Positions 41,366 to 52,366 of a stretch of DNA of 64,000 bases are shown here, piece after piece (position 1 is the first letter of the stretch; each line of letters opens with the position of its first letter). Location of the stretch: contig CAWJZV010000048.1 in the NCBI GenBank assembly GCA_963847445.1, positions 128,001 through 192,000 on the forward strand. The letters are read 5' to 3'. A program made the translations under genes and the position numbers. The DNA is from an uncultured delta proteobacterium (lineage in GTDB: Bacteria > Desulfobacterota > Binatia > UBA9968). The notes below the pieces were generated by a model. It worked only from the letters and a program-made list of their open reading frames with translations. It was not told where the DNA came from and did no database searches.

Positions 41366-41442
41366 CCACCCATGCGCCTTTGTGAACAGAGCCAGTTTTA
41401 ATACGCCGCTTTAATTCGCCAATTTAACGTTAGGAGATCGCC

Positions 41443-41955
41443 ATGAAACGTTCCATTTTGGTTGTCACGCTGCTCGTTACTGCCGGCGCCGCCGTCGCAG
41501 CCACCTCCGACATGCCCAAACGCAAATCCGGCCTATGGGAAATAACCGTGTCGAGCAACAGCGCCAAGGGCAGCCAGACCATGCAACAATGCGTCGACGA
41601 AAAATCCGACGACATGATGAAAAACAACATGGCCGGAACGGAAAAACAGTCCTGTTCCAAGAACGAATTTCGCCGCGACGGCAACAAACTTACCACCGAA
41701 TCGGTGTGCAAGATGAGCGGCAGCACGGCAACGACCAGGGGCGTTTTCACCGGTCAATTCGACTCCGCTTACAAGGCCGACATCAAATCGACCTACGAGC
41801 CACCGCTGCACGGCATGAAGGAGTCGTCATCGACCATGGAGGCCAAATGGTTGGGCGCTTGCAAGCCGGGCCAGAAGCCGGGCGATATCTCCATGCCTGG
41901 CATGCCTGACATCAACATGAACGACATGATGAAAAACCTGCCCAAGCGACCGTAA
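41443..41955 (+). CDS. Exported DUF3617 family protein
   Basis: Signal peptide, RKSGLWEIT, four Cys, AKWLGACK. Confidence 0.8.
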   Translation: MKRSILVVTLLVTAGAAVAATSDMPKRKSGLWEITVSSNSAKGSQTMQQCVDEKSDDMMKNNMAGTEKQSCSKNEFRRDGNKLTTESVCKMSGSTATTRGVFTGQFDSAYKADIKSTYEPPLHGMKESSSTMEAKWLGACKPGQKPGDISMPGMPDINMNDMMKNLPKRP

Positions 41956-42109
41956 ACATCCGATTGCTATCTAGCCGTGCGGGACCGAGCTGGTCTCCCG
42001 TCGCTGGGAAGGTTGTAAAATTTTTACTTGCAATGTATCGGCGAAATGCCTAGTTTCTTGTCGCACCTCGTTCTAGACAAAAGAAACATACTATTTGAGG
42101 AGGAATCCC

Positions 42110-43372
42110 ATGACTTCATTTCCGAATTTTATGCGGACAATGGCAGTCACCGCCATCCTCGGAACTTTGTCGATGAGCGCGCCGCCAACCTCACGGTCCC
42201 AGGAAAAACCTGCGCCCAACGTCCAGCCAGCGCCGACGACGGTGCCCGGCCGTCCAGACATTCCCAATGCGGAGGTGGCGAAAACTTTGCGCGGCGTGCC
42301 GCAGCCGCCGTTCGCCACACCGGCGGAGAAATTACAGATCGGCCAGCTGAAAATGCCCAAGGGCTTCAAGCTCGAGGTTTATATCAGCGGCATCGCCAAT
42401 GCCCGCTCGTTGCGCATCGGCGATAAAGGCACGGTGTTCGTCAGCAACCGCCAACTCGACAAGGTCTATGCCGTCGTCGAGCGTAGCGGCAAGCGCGAAG
42501 CCAAGGTCATCGCCTCCGGCCTCGACCGGCCCAACGGTCTCGCCTTTCACAACGGCACGCTCTACATCGGCGAGGGCACAAAAATCTCCAAGCTGGAACG
42601 GATCGAAGACAATCTCGACAATCCCGGCAAGCCGGTGGTCATCTACAGCGACCTGCCCAATCACCAGTCCCATGGTTGGAAGTTCATCGCCATCGGTCCG
42701 GACAACAAGCTCTACATAAACGTCGGCGCGCCATGCAATATCTGCGAACCGCCGGCGGAAAATGCCCAGATCCGCCGCATCAATCTCGACGGCAGCGGCG
42801 CGGAAGTGTTCGCCCGCGGCGTGCGCAACTCGGTCGGCTTCGACTGGCATCCGATCACCAAGGATCTCTACTTCACCGATAACGGCCGCGACTGGCTGTC
42901 GGAAGATTTGCCGGAAGATGAATTGAACCGCGTCACCAAAGTCGGCCAGCACTTCGGCTTCCCCTACTGTCACCAGGGCAACTTCACCGACCGCGAGATG
43001 GGCTGGGGCCGATCCTGCGACGAATTCACCCCGCCGGTGGCGTTGATGGGGCCGCACAGCGCCGCCCTCGGCCTGCGCTTCTACACCGGCACCATGTTTC
43101 CCCGCGAATACCGCAACGCCCTCTTCATCGCCCGCCATGGCTCGTGGAACCGCACCAAGAAAATCGGCGGCGATATCGTTGTCGCGAAGTTGAACGTCGA
43201 CGGCACGGTAAAATCCGTGCAGCCATTTATCACAGGCTTTCTCAACAACAACGAATACTGGGGCCGGCCGGTCGACGTCCACGTCATGAAAGACGGTTCG
43301 ATGTTGATCTCCGACGATTTCGCCGGCGCGATTTACCGCGTCACCTACAGCCCGCAGATTGCCAGTCGTTAA
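42110..43372 (+). CDS. PQQ-dependent sugar/sorbosone dehydrogenase family protein
   Basis: Signal peptide, HGWKFIAIGPD, GAPCNIC, GVRNSVGFDWHP, HGSWNR, GRPVDV. Confidence 0.9.
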   Translation: MTSFPNFMRTMAVTAILGTLSMSAPPTSRSQEKPAPNVQPAPTTVPGRPDIPNAEVAKTLRGVPQPPFATPAEKLQIGQLKMPKGFKLEVYISGIANARSLRIGDKGTVFVSNRQLDKVYAVVERSGKREAKVIASGLDRPNGLAFHNGTLYIGEGTKISKLERIEDNLDNPGKPVVIYSDLPNHQSHGWKFIAIGPDNKLYINVGAPCNICEPPAENAQIRRINLDGSGAEVFARGVRNSVGFDWHPITKDLYFTDNGRDWLSEDLPEDELNRVTKVGQHFGFPYCHQGNFTDREMGWGRSCDEFTPPVALMGPHSAALGLRFYTGTMFPREYRNALFIARHGSWNRTKKIGGDIVVAKLNVDGTVKSVQPFITGFLNNNEYWGRPVDVHVMKDGSMLISDDFAGAIYRVTYSPQIASR

Positions 43373-43406
43373 GAACTCACGGCAGCCGCCGCGGCCGGCT
43401 CCGGCG

Positions 43407-44020
43407 GTGCACGCTGGCCAATCTCCATTGCAACGCCAATATCGTTCGCGCTCTGGCCGCGGCGTCTCTTCTACTGGTCGCGGCGCTCACGGCACCTGCA
43501 GCGACCGCGGCAACCATTGATGAACGGCTCGCGCCTTGCCTCGCCTGCCATGGCGAAAAGGGCCAGTCGCTCATCCCCGAAGTGCCGTCTCTCGGCGCCC
43601 AACCGGTTTTTTTTCTGTCCGTGCAGCTGCTGATGTTCCGGGAAAAAATGCGCAACCTCGAGCCCATGACCGGCATGATGCAAGGCTGGAGCGACGACGA
43701 CCTGCGCCGCGCCGCGGCGGCGATCGCGAAACTGCCCGCGCCAGCGCACAATCCGAGCGCGCATGATCCCGCTCGCGCCGAAAAGGCCCGCGCCTTGATC
43801 CAGCAAAACCGCTGCAATTTTTGCCATAAACAGGACTTTTCGGGAGAGGAAAACGCGCCGCGTCTGGCCGGCCAACGAGAAGATTACTTGCTAAAAGCCC
43901 TACGCGAGTACAAGAACAATAGCCGGCGCGCCTACGACGCCGTCCATGGCCGACGCGCTCCATCCGCTCACCGACGCCGACTTTCAAGACCTCGCCCACT
44001 ATCTGAGCCGTCTGAGGTAA
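43407..44020 (+). CDS. Diheme cytochrome c4/c553 (frameshifts at both ends)
   Basis: CLACH..PSLGAQ and CNFCH..PRLAGQREDYL; signal peptide; start position uncertain. Confidence 0.85.
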
Positions 44021-44046
44021 TCGAGCAGCTTCACTGCGAAGAGGGT

Positions 44047-44129
44047 TTCACCACGAAGGCACGAAGGACACGAAGGTTTCGGATGATTAATATTCCGAAC
44101 TTCGTGATCTTCGTGTCCTTCGTGGTGAA
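44047..44129. repeat. Intact CACGAAG-periodic palindromic element between convergent genes
   Basis: ttcaccacgaaggcacgaaggacacgaag ... cttcgtgatcttcgtgtccttcgtggtgaa. Confidence 0.9.
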
Positions 44130-44194
44130 CATCTAATTTCTTATTTGTTGCCGCTGTGCCGCGCTGCGCTCTTTGCGGTTAAATCTTCGAGTCC

Positions 44195-45073
44195 CTACTT
44201 CCACCAACTGATCAAAACGACCCCGCTGATGATGAGCAACGTGCTGACAACGATGCGCAGCGTCACCCGCTCGACGTCGCGTAGGAACAGCGCGGTGAGG
44301 ATCAGCGAAAACAACGGCGCGGTGCTGCTCAAGGGAATCACCACCGAGACTTTGCCGAGATCCAAAGCGTGGTAGATCGACGTCATGGCGAAGCTGACCG
44401 TGATTCCGGCGGCGAGAAACCACCAGACGCACTGGCGATTCATTTTCCAGCTCTCTTGAGTCTTTTCGACGTACCACATCACCAGCAGCGAAACGATCAA
44501 CGACGAAGTCGCGGTGACTGCGGCGGCGAGAAACGGATGGGGCACGGCGGCCATGCCGAACTTGCGCACCACCTGAGACGCGCCCGCGAGCGCCGAGGCA
44601 GCGATGGGAAACCAGAGATAGACCGCCGAGCCGGCGAGCTTCATCGCCCCGTGGCGCCACGACAACAGCGTGATGCCGCCGATGATCATCAGGGTCGCGA
44701 CAATGATCGGCAAGGTGATCTCCTCGCCGAGAAAGACGATCGCCATGGCCGCGCTGAACAGCGGCGTGCTGGCGCGGATCGGATCGGTGATCGCCACACC
44801 CAACGCATCGATGCCCTTGTAGGTGAGCAATCGTGTCAGGCCGGGCTGAAAGAATCCGACACCGACGAAAATCAGCAACGAAGCCAGCGTTACATTGGCC
44901 ATCGGTACGAACAGCAACGCCATAGTCCAGAGAAAGACGATATTGATCAGCAGAGTGCTGATCACGCCGGTAGCCGGGTTCGAGTAGCGCAACGCCTTTT
45001 TCATAAAGATGTTGTGCACTGCGAACAAGAAAGCGTTGGCAAGGGCGTAGAACTCAGCGGGAATGGAACTCAT
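44195..45073 (-). CDS. DMT/EamA family transporter
   Basis: Two EamA-like repeats, about 10 TM; FLGEEIT and FLRDVERVT motifs. Confidence 0.88.
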   Translation of the reverse strand: MSSIPAEFYALANAFLFAVHNIFMKKALRYSNPATGVISTLLINIVFLWTMALLFVPMANVTLASLLIFVGVGFFQPGLTRLLTYKGIDALGVAITDPIRASTPLFSAAMAIVFLGEEITLPIIVATLMIIGGITLLSWRHGAMKLAGSAVYLWFPIAASALAGASQVVRKFGMAAVPHPFLAAAVTATSSLIVSLLVMWYVEKTQESWKMNRQCVWWFLAAGITVSFAMTSIYHALDLGKVSVVIPLSSTAPLFSLILTALFLRDVERVTLRIVVSTLLIISGVVLISWWK

Positions 45074-45248
45074 GTTGCGGAGCGAAATCGACGGTGAATA
45101 TTATTTGCAGGACCAATGCCGTAGAGCGAGCTATACAGGCTCGCCAACCTAAGCGCAACAAACCATCGACGGTGCAACGAAAACGATTATGCGAACTGAT
45201 GTCTACCTGCTCTAAGACGATCGACTCGAGAAGTCGACTCGATGTCGC

Positions 45249-45275
45249 GTCTTTCCGGCGCAGGCCGGAATCCAG
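45249..45275. repeat. REP-like arm GTCTTTCCGGCGCAGGCCGGAATCCAG
   Basis: Near-identical to 18121-18146. Confidence 0.65.
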
Positions 45276-45385
45276 ATTTGTCTATTTCCGGGAAGCCAAG
45301 ACGAAGATGCTACTGCGCTGCGAGGCTATCCTGAACCAGGTCGAAGGACCGGGATGACAGATTACCACCTGAGGACAGACCGCAT

Positions 45386-47242
45386 TCAATTCTCAGCGCT
45401 GGCGAGAATGACATCGGCGGCCTTCTCGCCGACCATATAAATCGCGCTGACGATAAAAAAGCCGGGGATGCGCGGAAACACCGAAGCGTCGACGACGCGC
45501 AGTCCTTGCGTGCCATGGACGCGGAAATCGCTGCTCAGGACGCCGCCCTTGTCTCTGGGGCCGATCGCGCAGCTGCACGAGGCATGATGTCCCCAGGCAT
45601 TGTCGCGCACGAATTCTCGCAACTCATCGTCGGATTGATATTGTTCGCCGGGCAACTTCCTCCGCGGCGATCAGCCCTTGTTCGCGCAAATCCTTGGTCA
45701 TCGCCCGGACAAATTGAATTCCCTCGACGACGGCGTCTAAATCCTTGCCCTGGCGATCGCTGCCTTCGTCGAAATACCTGAAGTCGATGTTTGGCGGCTG
45801 GCGTGGATCGGCGGATCGCAGCGTGACCGTGCCGGCGCGGTTGATCGTGCGCGCCTTCAGAACGATCCAACTCAAGTAGTTCTGCCGCTCGGCGATCAGT
45901 TTCGAGTAGCCGGGGAAATAACCGCGGAAGTTGCCCACCAGACCGGCGCAAAGCAGATCAGGAATCTGATCCTGTTTCGACTGCTTGACCACCGCCAACA
46001 CGCCGCCGTTGGTGGTATAGACGCCTTTTTTTCGCGTCAGCCACTCATGAAACTGTGAATCGCCTTTGGCGAATTTAGCGCTGGCCAGCATTTGCCAATC
46101 CTCTTTCATGCGATTGACCACGCTAACCTCGTAGCGGTCTTGGAGATTCTTGCCGACTCCGGCCAGATCCACCCTGGCGTGTCGATGCCGCTGCGGGACA
46201 ACTCCTCGCGCGGACCGATGCCGGAGAGCATCAGCAGTTGCGGCGTATTGAACGCGCCGCCGGACAGAATGACTTCACGAGTGGCGCGCGCCTGACGCAG
46301 TTCGCCGGGGCTTTCGCTGCAATTGGCGTGGGCTCGGTACAGCCGCTCGCCTTTGAGATATTCCACCCCGGTGGCCCGTTGTTTGCTGTCGAGCAAGACT
46401 CGAGTAGCCAGCGCATGACACTCGACTTGTAAGCGCTCGGGAAATTTTTCGGCGACGCTGACAATCCGTTCGCGGCTGCCGATCCGCGTATGGTCACGGG
46501 TCGTCAACGGCACGAGACGCAGGCCTGACGCGTTACCCTTCACCTGGCGCCAATCGTTAGGATCGGCGCGGGTTTTAAAGAAACTGCGCAAACGTTTCAG
46601 GCGATGGCCGATCTGCGCCGATGCGTCCTGCGCCAGCTCTTCCAACACTTTGCGCAGGTGGCGGTTGCCCAAAGATTCCATCGGCATGGCCACTTCGGTG
46701 GTGAGCCAACCGTCGAAGCCATGCCGAGCCGGATTGAAGCCGGTCAAACCGGCGATCCAGCGTTTCAGCGGCCGATGCCGGCAGTCTTCAAGAAGCTCGA
46801 AGTAGCGGCGCATGTTGTCCGCGCGCCACGACGAGTCGCCGGTCAATTGCGCAATGTCGTCCCAGTCCTGGTTGTGCGGGTAGACGAAGATCATGGCGTT
46901 ATGCGCCGTACAACCGCCGAGCGTGCCGGCGCGCGGATAGAGCACGCCTCCTTGGGCAGCGCTGTACTTAGTATCTTTAAGTTGGCGTTGCTCGTCGGCA
47001 TAATGGCGCACGAAGAAATCCCAGCGCATCGCTGGATTCTCCGAAGCGAAAGCGTGAAAAGCCGGAACTTGGTAGTCTTCTGGCAGCCGCGGATCGGCGA
47101 GCTCGCCAGGATCGCCGCCGGCTTCGAGCAGCAGCACGGAGCGGCCCGCTTCGGCCAAGCGCGCCGCCACTGTGCCGCCGCCCGCTCCCGAACCGACGAC
47201 GATGTATTCGTACGCGCGCGCGCCAGCGGGGGCTTCGGACAT
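45386..47242 (-). CDS. GMC family FAD oxidoreductase (frameshifts near 46175 and 45655)
   Basis: GSGAGG, YPRAGTLGGCTAHNAM, GGAFNTPQLLMLSGIG, VGKNLQDR, WGHHASCSC, LRVVDASVFP. Confidence 0.92.
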
Positions 47243-47268
47243 GGGATCGAAACTGCGCGACAGTGCGG

Positions 47269-49665
47269 TTAAAACGTTTTCAAGAATTCGATCAGCGCGC
47301 GCTTGTCTTCGTCGCTCAACGCCGGCCCTTCTTTAGACAGGGCCGTGCCGAAATAGTGACCCTTGTTGACCACGAAGTCAGGACACTTGCTCACCTTCAA
47401 CAAGTCCGGCACCAAGCCTTTGAAAACTTCAGCAGCCTCTTTTTCGCTCTTGCCTTCGACCGCCTTCAGATCGGCCTTGATCTTGAGCAACAGTTTGGCG
47501 AGATCGAGCTTGCTGCTATCGAGATCGATATTGGACAGCAAATTCACCGGCGTCCCTTTCGGGATGGGACCGATCTCGATGCCCTCTTCACTGAAAAGCC
47601 AGGGGAACCAGCGGTTGAGCCAGCCGCCCCAGCTGAGCATTTTTTCCAATAGCGGCGAGACAAAACCTGGCGCGATCTTGATGTAGCTGGTCTCCGTGGT
47701 GCGATAGATAAAGCCCGGCACTTTGTCGCCGAGAAGCGGATCCTTGTCGCGCTTCTCCGGCCAGAGCATCTTCTCGATGGAGTCGTTGAACGAATCCATG
47801 CGCCCCTCGACGGACGGACTGGAGTTAAACTTGCCCACTGAGTTGTTCAACAGGAACGGCGCCGTCGACCACAGACCGATCAACGATGGCACGCGCGTAT
47901 AGCCGCGCCCGCCCGCGGGCATTTCGTATTCCCAGGGACTGCCGTCGATGGGATTGTGCACGGTCAGCTTGCCCACCGATGGCAAATCCTTATAACTCTG
48001 GGAGGAAAAGTTGTCCCAAATATTGCCCCCGAGAGCGTTAGTCGCCAGCGGACTGCAAGCGTTGGTCTGCAACAGCGTCACCGGGATGCGCCGCTCCGTG
48101 GAGAGATAGTTGTCCGCGAGAAAATCGTCGGCCAAGACCTTCTCGGTCATCTTTTTCTTGAAGTCGTCGGTCTTGCTCCAGGCCCAGTATTGGTCCCAGT
48201 TCTTGTCGTCCACTCCCGCCGGCGCATCGGGAATCTTGCTCGAATGGCAGCGCGCGCAGTTCTCGGCGAAGACGACTTTGCCGCGCTGGAGCGTCGCCTT
48301 ATCCTTGCTCAGAAACTTCTCCCCGCCGGGCGCATCCTTCAACAGATCAGGTTTTGCCGACTTGAGAAAAAACAGCGCGACATCCGGGGTCTGCTCCTGG
48401 GTGGCGTTCCAATAGCTGGAATTCTTATTGGCATCGGCGATTTGGATCGGCGTCACTTTTTGGCCGCCGACCAAGGCGTTGAAATGGAGCAGCCATTCCT
48501 CACTGAACAATCCGATGTTGATATAGACCCGATTCAAGGCGCCGAGGATGCCGACCGAGTCGGCGCCGTCTTTCAAAACATGCGCGGTCCAAACTTTGTC
48601 CGGCTCTTTGTAATACTGCGGCAGCACGGCGGTCTGCTTATAGTGTTGGAACTGCTTATTGTTGACACCGCCGCCGGCGAGTTTCTCCTCGCCCCAACGC
48701 TCGGCGATCTTGAGCCGGGCGCCGACGTTGTAGACCGCGTTCATCGTGCGCGGGTTGTTGATGTAATCGGTCGACACGAACGAAGTATCGAGGGTTCCCG
48801 GCAACGAGGTGTGGATCAACTGGTAAACGAAATTCGCCGAATCTTTTTCCCAGAACAGCACGCGGTCGACCCAAAAATATTGCGAGCCGGGATTGGAGTT
48901 GATGTTTTCCCACTTGGGATTCTCCGGATCTTCCGGCGGTTTTACCGGGCTCGGCCCGACATGGCAAAAGCCGCAAGACATGCCGACGCGGTAGGGGCGC
49001 ACCAGATTCTTGTCGTTGTAGTATTTCGGGTCGGTGTAAAATCTTTCCGCATCCCATTTCTTGGCCGCCGCTTCATCGAAATCCGGATTGGGAAACAAGC
49101 GCAGACCGAGGACTCCGGTGGCATAGCCGTAATAAGAACCGACCGGCAGATTCTTGCCGCGCGCGCCGATTTTCACGCCGGGATATTTTTGCTCATTTTC
49201 AAAAGGGTCGGCGGGACAATCCTTGCTCCGGGTGTCGAGCCATAAGCCAAAGCGGTCGGCATTGGGCCCCTTGGGCTTTTCGAAACAAGGCTCGTTGACT
49301 ACACCGAGATACTCCCAGCGTTTGTCACGCGTCAGATGCGGCACCTTGGGATGCGACGAAATTATTTTCAACAGGTCGACGACGCCGAAACTTTTACTGA
49401 TCAGATGGTCCCAGAAGCGGTCATTGCCGCCGGTCCAGACGATCCAGTTGTTGCGTCCTTTGACTTCCTCGCTGGTGAGCGCGACAGCGCCATCCATAGC
49501 TTTGAAATAATCTTCATCGGCGGCGGGAAAACTTTTCGCGTCGCGCCCGGCTAAGAGCGCTTCGTCTTTGACGCTTCCAGGCTCTGGCGGTTTCTTGCCG
49601 CACGCCGCGGCAAGCAGCGCGGTCACCAGCAGCACCAACAGGCTCTTCGACAGATAGCGGTTCAT
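47269..49665 (-). CDS. Large diheme cytochrome c lipoprotein (RoxA/bCcP-MauG-like)
   Basis: Lipobox LAAAC; CGFCH and CARCH heme sites; PSLIGLWSTAPFLLNNSVG; C-terminal GHYFG..LSDEDKRALIEFLKTF. Confidence 0.8.
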   Translation of the reverse strand: MNRYLSKSLLVLLVTALLAAACGKKPPEPGSVKDEALLAGRDAKSFPAADEDYFKAMDGAVALTSEEVKGRNNWIVWTGGNDRFWDHLISKSFGVVDLLKIISSHPKVPHLTRDKRWEYLGVVNEPCFEKPKGPNADRFGLWLDTRSKDCPADPFENEQKYPGVKIGARGKNLPVGSYYGYATGVLGLRLFPNPDFDEAAAKKWDAERFYTDPKYYNDKNLVRPYRVGMSCGFCHVGPSPVKPPEDPENPKWENINSNPGSQYFWVDRVLFWEKDSANFVYQLIHTSLPGTLDTSFVSTDYINNPRTMNAVYNVGARLKIAERWGEEKLAGGGVNNKQFQHYKQTAVLPQYYKEPDKVWTAHVLKDGADSVGILGALNRVYINIGLFSEEWLLHFNALVGGQKVTPIQIADANKNSSYWNATQEQTPDVALFFLKSAKPDLLKDAPGGEKFLSKDKATLQRGKVVFAENCARCHSSKIPDAPAGVDDKNWDQYWAWSKTDDFKKKMTEKVLADDFLADNYLSTERRIPVTLLQTNACSPLATNALGGNIWDNFSSQSYKDLPSVGKLTVHNPIDGSPWEYEMPAGGRGYTRVPSLIGLWSTAPFLLNNSVGKFNSSPSVEGRMDSFNDSIEKMLWPEKRDKDPLLGDKVPGFIYRTTETSYIKIAPGFVSPLLEKMLSWGGWLNRWFPWLFSEEGIEIGPIPKGTPVNLLSNIDLDSSKLDLAKLLLKIKADLKAVEGKSEKEAAEVFKGLVPDLLKVSKCPDFVVNKGHYFGTALSKEGPALSDEDKRALIEFLKTF

Positions 49666-49961
49666 GTAAACTCCCTTTCAGCGAGAAGTCATTATCAAAG
49701 TAACAGGGTGAGATTTGAAACTTATCCGGCGATTTTCCTGAAAAATACCGCAAGTCATAGGGATATGGCAAGAAAATTTGTAAAAACGCAGCTCAGCCAA
49801 CCGAGTTCCCGGCGAATTTACCCAGCAGGATACACCGTGGCGAGTGTCACACAGCTGCAACGGTTGCCTGGAAGTTCATTAGTGGCGTATATTACGAAAA
49901 CTTAGATAGCCGATGAACTCCTCACTTGGTATGGACGGTTACGCGCGAGAAACTGGTAAAC

Positions 49962-51177
49962 ATGGCAAATAGCCAACAACAGCGCCGACCGACGGCGCCG
50001 CCGGTGCTCAAATTATTGCACGAGACGCTCTTCGCGCTGCTCAAAATCGAACGGCGCTTCGATCCGTTTTTCCGCCCGGCACTCGACGCAATTGTTCCAA
50101 GAGCCGCTGGCGCGCGGTCTGCAATTTCTCACCAACTTGTTGCGCGACAAGGAAACTCTGGGACTCGCCGAAGAGCGCAAACTGCCCGACGAAGAGGCGT
50201 ACTTGGATTCAATTATCAGCGAGATGACCGCCTACATGCGGGAACTTTACCAACCCGGCAGCTACCAACGCGGCGGCAATACTAAAACCCATGGGGTTGT
50301 CCGTGGTGAATTCACCGTGCGCGGCGATCTGCCCGCACCCTATCGCCATGGCGTGTTCGCGCAGGCACGGACATTTCCCGCCTGGGTGCGCTTTAGCGGC
50401 CCAGGGCCAGCCTCGCCAGCCGATATCGATGACGTCGGCGTGCTCAGCATCGGCATCAAACTCATGGGCGTGCCAGGGCAGAAACTCTTGGACGACGAAA
50501 AGTTCACGCAAGATTTCACCGGCATCACGACGCCGATTTTCACAACCCCCGACGTCAAGGAAAACGCCAAGCTCCAGGCGCGCAGCCGGGTCGGCTTGCC
50601 GCTATTCTATTTTATCAGTCCCTTCGATTCCCACCTGCTCGACGCCCTGATGCAAGGGCTATGGGCGCGCACTCATACGAGCCCGCTCGAAGCCCGTTAT
50701 TGGGGTTGTGTCCCCTATTTGCTCGGCGCCGGCACAGCGATGCAATACACGATCGTGCCAAAATCGCCACGGCGCAGCCGCGTGCCGCGCCTGCCGTTGC
50801 GCCCACCGGATGATTACCTGCGCGAAAACATGGCTGCAACCCTGAGCTCAGAAGATGCCGAGTTCGACTTCATGATTCAACTGCAAACCGACGCGCACCT
50901 TATGCCCGTCGAAAACGCCTCGGTTCGCTGGGCGGAAAATCTTTCCGCCCCTAAACCGGTCGCGACGCTGCGCATTGCCAAACAGAAATTCGACTCACCG
51001 GCGCAGCTCGCCTTCGCCCATCGGCTCTCCTACAATCCCTGGCACAGCCTCGCCGAACATCGTCCGCTCGGCAACCAGAATCGCGGCAGGAAAAGAATTT
51101 ATCAGGAACTCTCCCGCCTGCGCCAGGAGATGAACCAGACACCGCACCGCGAGCCGACTGGGGACGAGGTATTCTGA
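49962..51177 (+). CDS. Small catalase-like heme protein (frameshift near 50092)
   Basis: RGGNTKTHG, AWVRFS, IGIKLMGV, PYLLG, FMIQLQ, LSYNPWH..HRPLG..NRGRKRIY (proximal Arg/Tyr). Confidence 0.85.
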
Positions 51178-51198
51178 GCAGTCTGAATAATTACTTCG

Positions 51199-52090
51199 AT
51201 GGCAACCGGTATCGAGCAAAGACGCGTCAAGGCTAACGGCATCGACTTCAATGTCGCGGTCTCGGGCTGCGAGCGACTCTCCTGCCATTTTCTGCTTGCA
51301 CGGCTTTCCAGAAGGCTCGATCAGTTGGCGACCGGTGATGGAAGCGCTGCCCGAGGCGCGATTCTTTGCGCCCGACCTGCGCGGCTACGGCCCCACCGAT
51401 CATCCGCGCGACGGTTACGATGTCTTCACCTTGACCGACGACATCAAGGCGTTGATCGAAGCGCTCGGCGTCGATAAACCGGTGCTGGTCTGCCATGACT
51501 GGGGCGGCGCGCTGGGATGGATATTCGCGCACCGCTTTTCGCACCTGATTCGCAAGCTCGTGGTTATCAATTGCACGCATCCAGAGACGCTGGTCCGCGC
51601 CGTGCTCCATTTCGAGGATTTCCAGACGATTCGGATTCCGTGGGTGCCGTTTTTCCAGATCCCATGGCTTCCTGAAGCATTTTTTGCAACAGAGCTAGGG
51701 AGAAAACTTCTGAAACTCTCTTTCACGCTGCGCGAGGGCCGCACCGGGACGATGAACGTAAAGCTTGTCGACGAGCTCGTCGCGCGTTTCCAAAATCCCG
51801 ACGACCTGCGCGGGCCGATCGAATATTACCGCGAAATGGTGCTCACCCAGCTGGTGCCGAGCCGGCGGGCGAAACTCGCGGCAGTCTACCGCACACCGAT
51901 CACAGTCCCGGTGACGCTGGTGTGGGGCGCCGAGGATGGCGCGCTGTCTGCCCGGGTAGCGATGAACAGCGCCATCGATGCGGGCTGCGAAGTCGAATGC
52001 CGGCCTCTTCCCGGGGTCGGCCACTTCGTGGGCCTGGAGGCGGCCGACAAATTGGCCGGTGAGATCAGGCGCGTGCTGATTGAGAGTTGA
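51199..52090 (+). CDS. Alpha/beta hydrolase, epoxide-hydrolase type (frameshift near 51275)
   Basis: LHGFPE oxyanion motif, PDLRGYG, HDWGG (Asp nucleophile), IEYYR, WGAEDGAL, GHFV. Confidence 0.88.
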
Positions 52091-52284
52091 CGTCTAGTGA
52101 ACTCAGACTCTGCGAAATTTGTCGATGTCACGAACGCCTGCTGGGGGCGCGCCACATTGCCGGTTGCAGCAAACATTTCCCAGCACTCGCGGTATCGTGA
52201 GCTTCGCTCCAGCGCCGCAGGCGACACTGCAATCGGCGCGGCAAGTAAACAAGCCACTTCGCGTCCGGGGTAGTCGCCCCGCCG

Positions 52285-52364
52285 GCGACCAAAGGGAATG
52301 CTCGCCCCCTTTGGATGTTCCATTTAATGGTGCCCGCAGCAAGCTGAGGGTATGTTTAGATTTA
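52285..52364. repeat. Structured direct repeat of about 80 bp, copy A (3' of the DyP gene)
   Basis: gcgaccaaagggaatgctcgccccctttggatgttccatttaatggtgcccgcagcaagctgaggg..tagattta; matches 53928-54007. Confidence 0.85.
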
Positions 52365-52366
52365 TC

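Noticed and set aside
47956-49245. Long antisense ORFs (for example 429 aa here, 35119-36036 and 42332-43282)
   Set aside because: They are shadows of well-supported genes on the opposite strand, expected in GC-rich DNA, and carry no motifs of their own.
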